This document shows, one piece after another, positions 63,116-64,000 of a stretch of DNA of 64,000 nt. Source of the DNA: Octopus sinensis. Its lineage: Eukaryota. Position numbers and translations under genes: made by a program. The notes beneath the pieces were generated by a model that was not told the origin of the DNA, ran no database searches, and saw only the letters and a program-made list of their open reading frames with translations. Location of the stretch: assembly GCF_006345805.1 (NCBI RefSeq), contig NC_043014.1, positions 37,200,001-37,264,000 of the forward strand, given 5' to 3'. Position 1 is the stretch's first letter; every line of letters starts with the position of its first letter.

Positions 63116-64000
63116 TTGATTTTGATTTTGATTTTTCCAGTTTCAGCTAATGAGCTGTGGCCATGCTGGGGCACCGCCATTTGGTTGCTACACGATTTTA
63201 CCTCACGGATGCTTTTTAGCAAACGCCATCTGATGCATGAGAGAGTTCGATGCAGCTGCCCTCATCTGCACCTCCTGCCATGAAGTGGTTCATCCGGGAC
63301 ACCTGACAGGAAGAGGTCCAGTCCTACTTTAAGACATCCGCATCTACACCATGCAGGTCCCTCAGGTTCTTTGGGAGGATATTGAAGAGCTGTGGGCCTC
63401 TGAAGCCCAGGCTATCACAATATCTTGTCCTACATCTTGATGGCAATTTGGAGTCCTTGGTACTACACAGTGGCGCCCCGTTCTGGCATTTGTGTGACTC
63501 TCGATGCCAAAGTTTGGAACAAGTCCTTCCAGGATCTTCCAGATATATATTATGGCATATCTTTCTCGCCTACGCTCCAAGGAATAGAGCTTTAATCTCT
63601 TGAGTCTTTCCCAGTAGCTCATATGCTGCACAGAGGCTATCTTCGTGTAGCTTCGTTGGATCGCCTCAAGTTCTGTGATCATCTTGACACTGGATGGTGA
63701 CCATAGCTGAGAGCAATAGTCAAAGTGGCTTAGAACAAGTGTCTTCCAGAGGACCATCATGGTTTCTTGTTCTCTTGTTCTAAAGGTTCTAAGAATCCAG
63801 CCAGCCAGCCGTCTACATTTCATTGCCAGTTTAGCAACATGTACATGAAAGGTCGCGTCATCACTCATGTGAATACCCAGGTCACGCACTGATTGTGCCT
63901 CTGGGATTGCAATCCCTCCAGGTCCAGTGTATTCATTGGTATTGCATTCAGTTTTGCATGCTGATGTATAAAGCTTGAAACTTTTCAGCATCGGACTGCA
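63112..64000 (-). mobile_element. CR1/L2-group LINE 3' end with complete tail and (AAAATC)n terminus
   Basis: RDLG, FDYCSQLWSP, SLERRRERY; 3' end ggcggtgccccagcatggccacag...gaaactggaaaaatcaaaatc. Confidence 0.92.

Overview
AT-rich, microsatellite-dense eukaryotic (animal) DNA with two 100-N assembly gaps. The SINE/RTE/Helitron/Penelope repeat mix resembles an octopus/coleoid cephalopod genome (inference, not verified). One host gene can be reconstructed by hand on the minus strand: six GT-AG exons (49065->27720) with consistent phases splice into one 533-aa open frame of ankyrin repeats plus two C3HC4 RING fingers, i.e. a Mind bomb-2-like E3 ligase whose N-terminal exons I could not find. Four of the six exons are absent from the ORF track. 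The rest is mostly transposon debris: RTE and CR1/L2-group LINEs, Penelope-like elements (PLEs), Tc1/mariner copies, non-autonomous Helitrons, hAT/piggyBac MITEs, tRNA-SINEs and a Gypsy LTR+gag stub, plus a ~4-kb tandem and an inverted segmental duplication. The most unusual signal is a set of hammerhead-ribozyme motifs next to PLE remnants, including a ~210-bp ORF-less palindromic double-hammerhead mini-element inserted in a (TA)n tract inside an intron of the gene.
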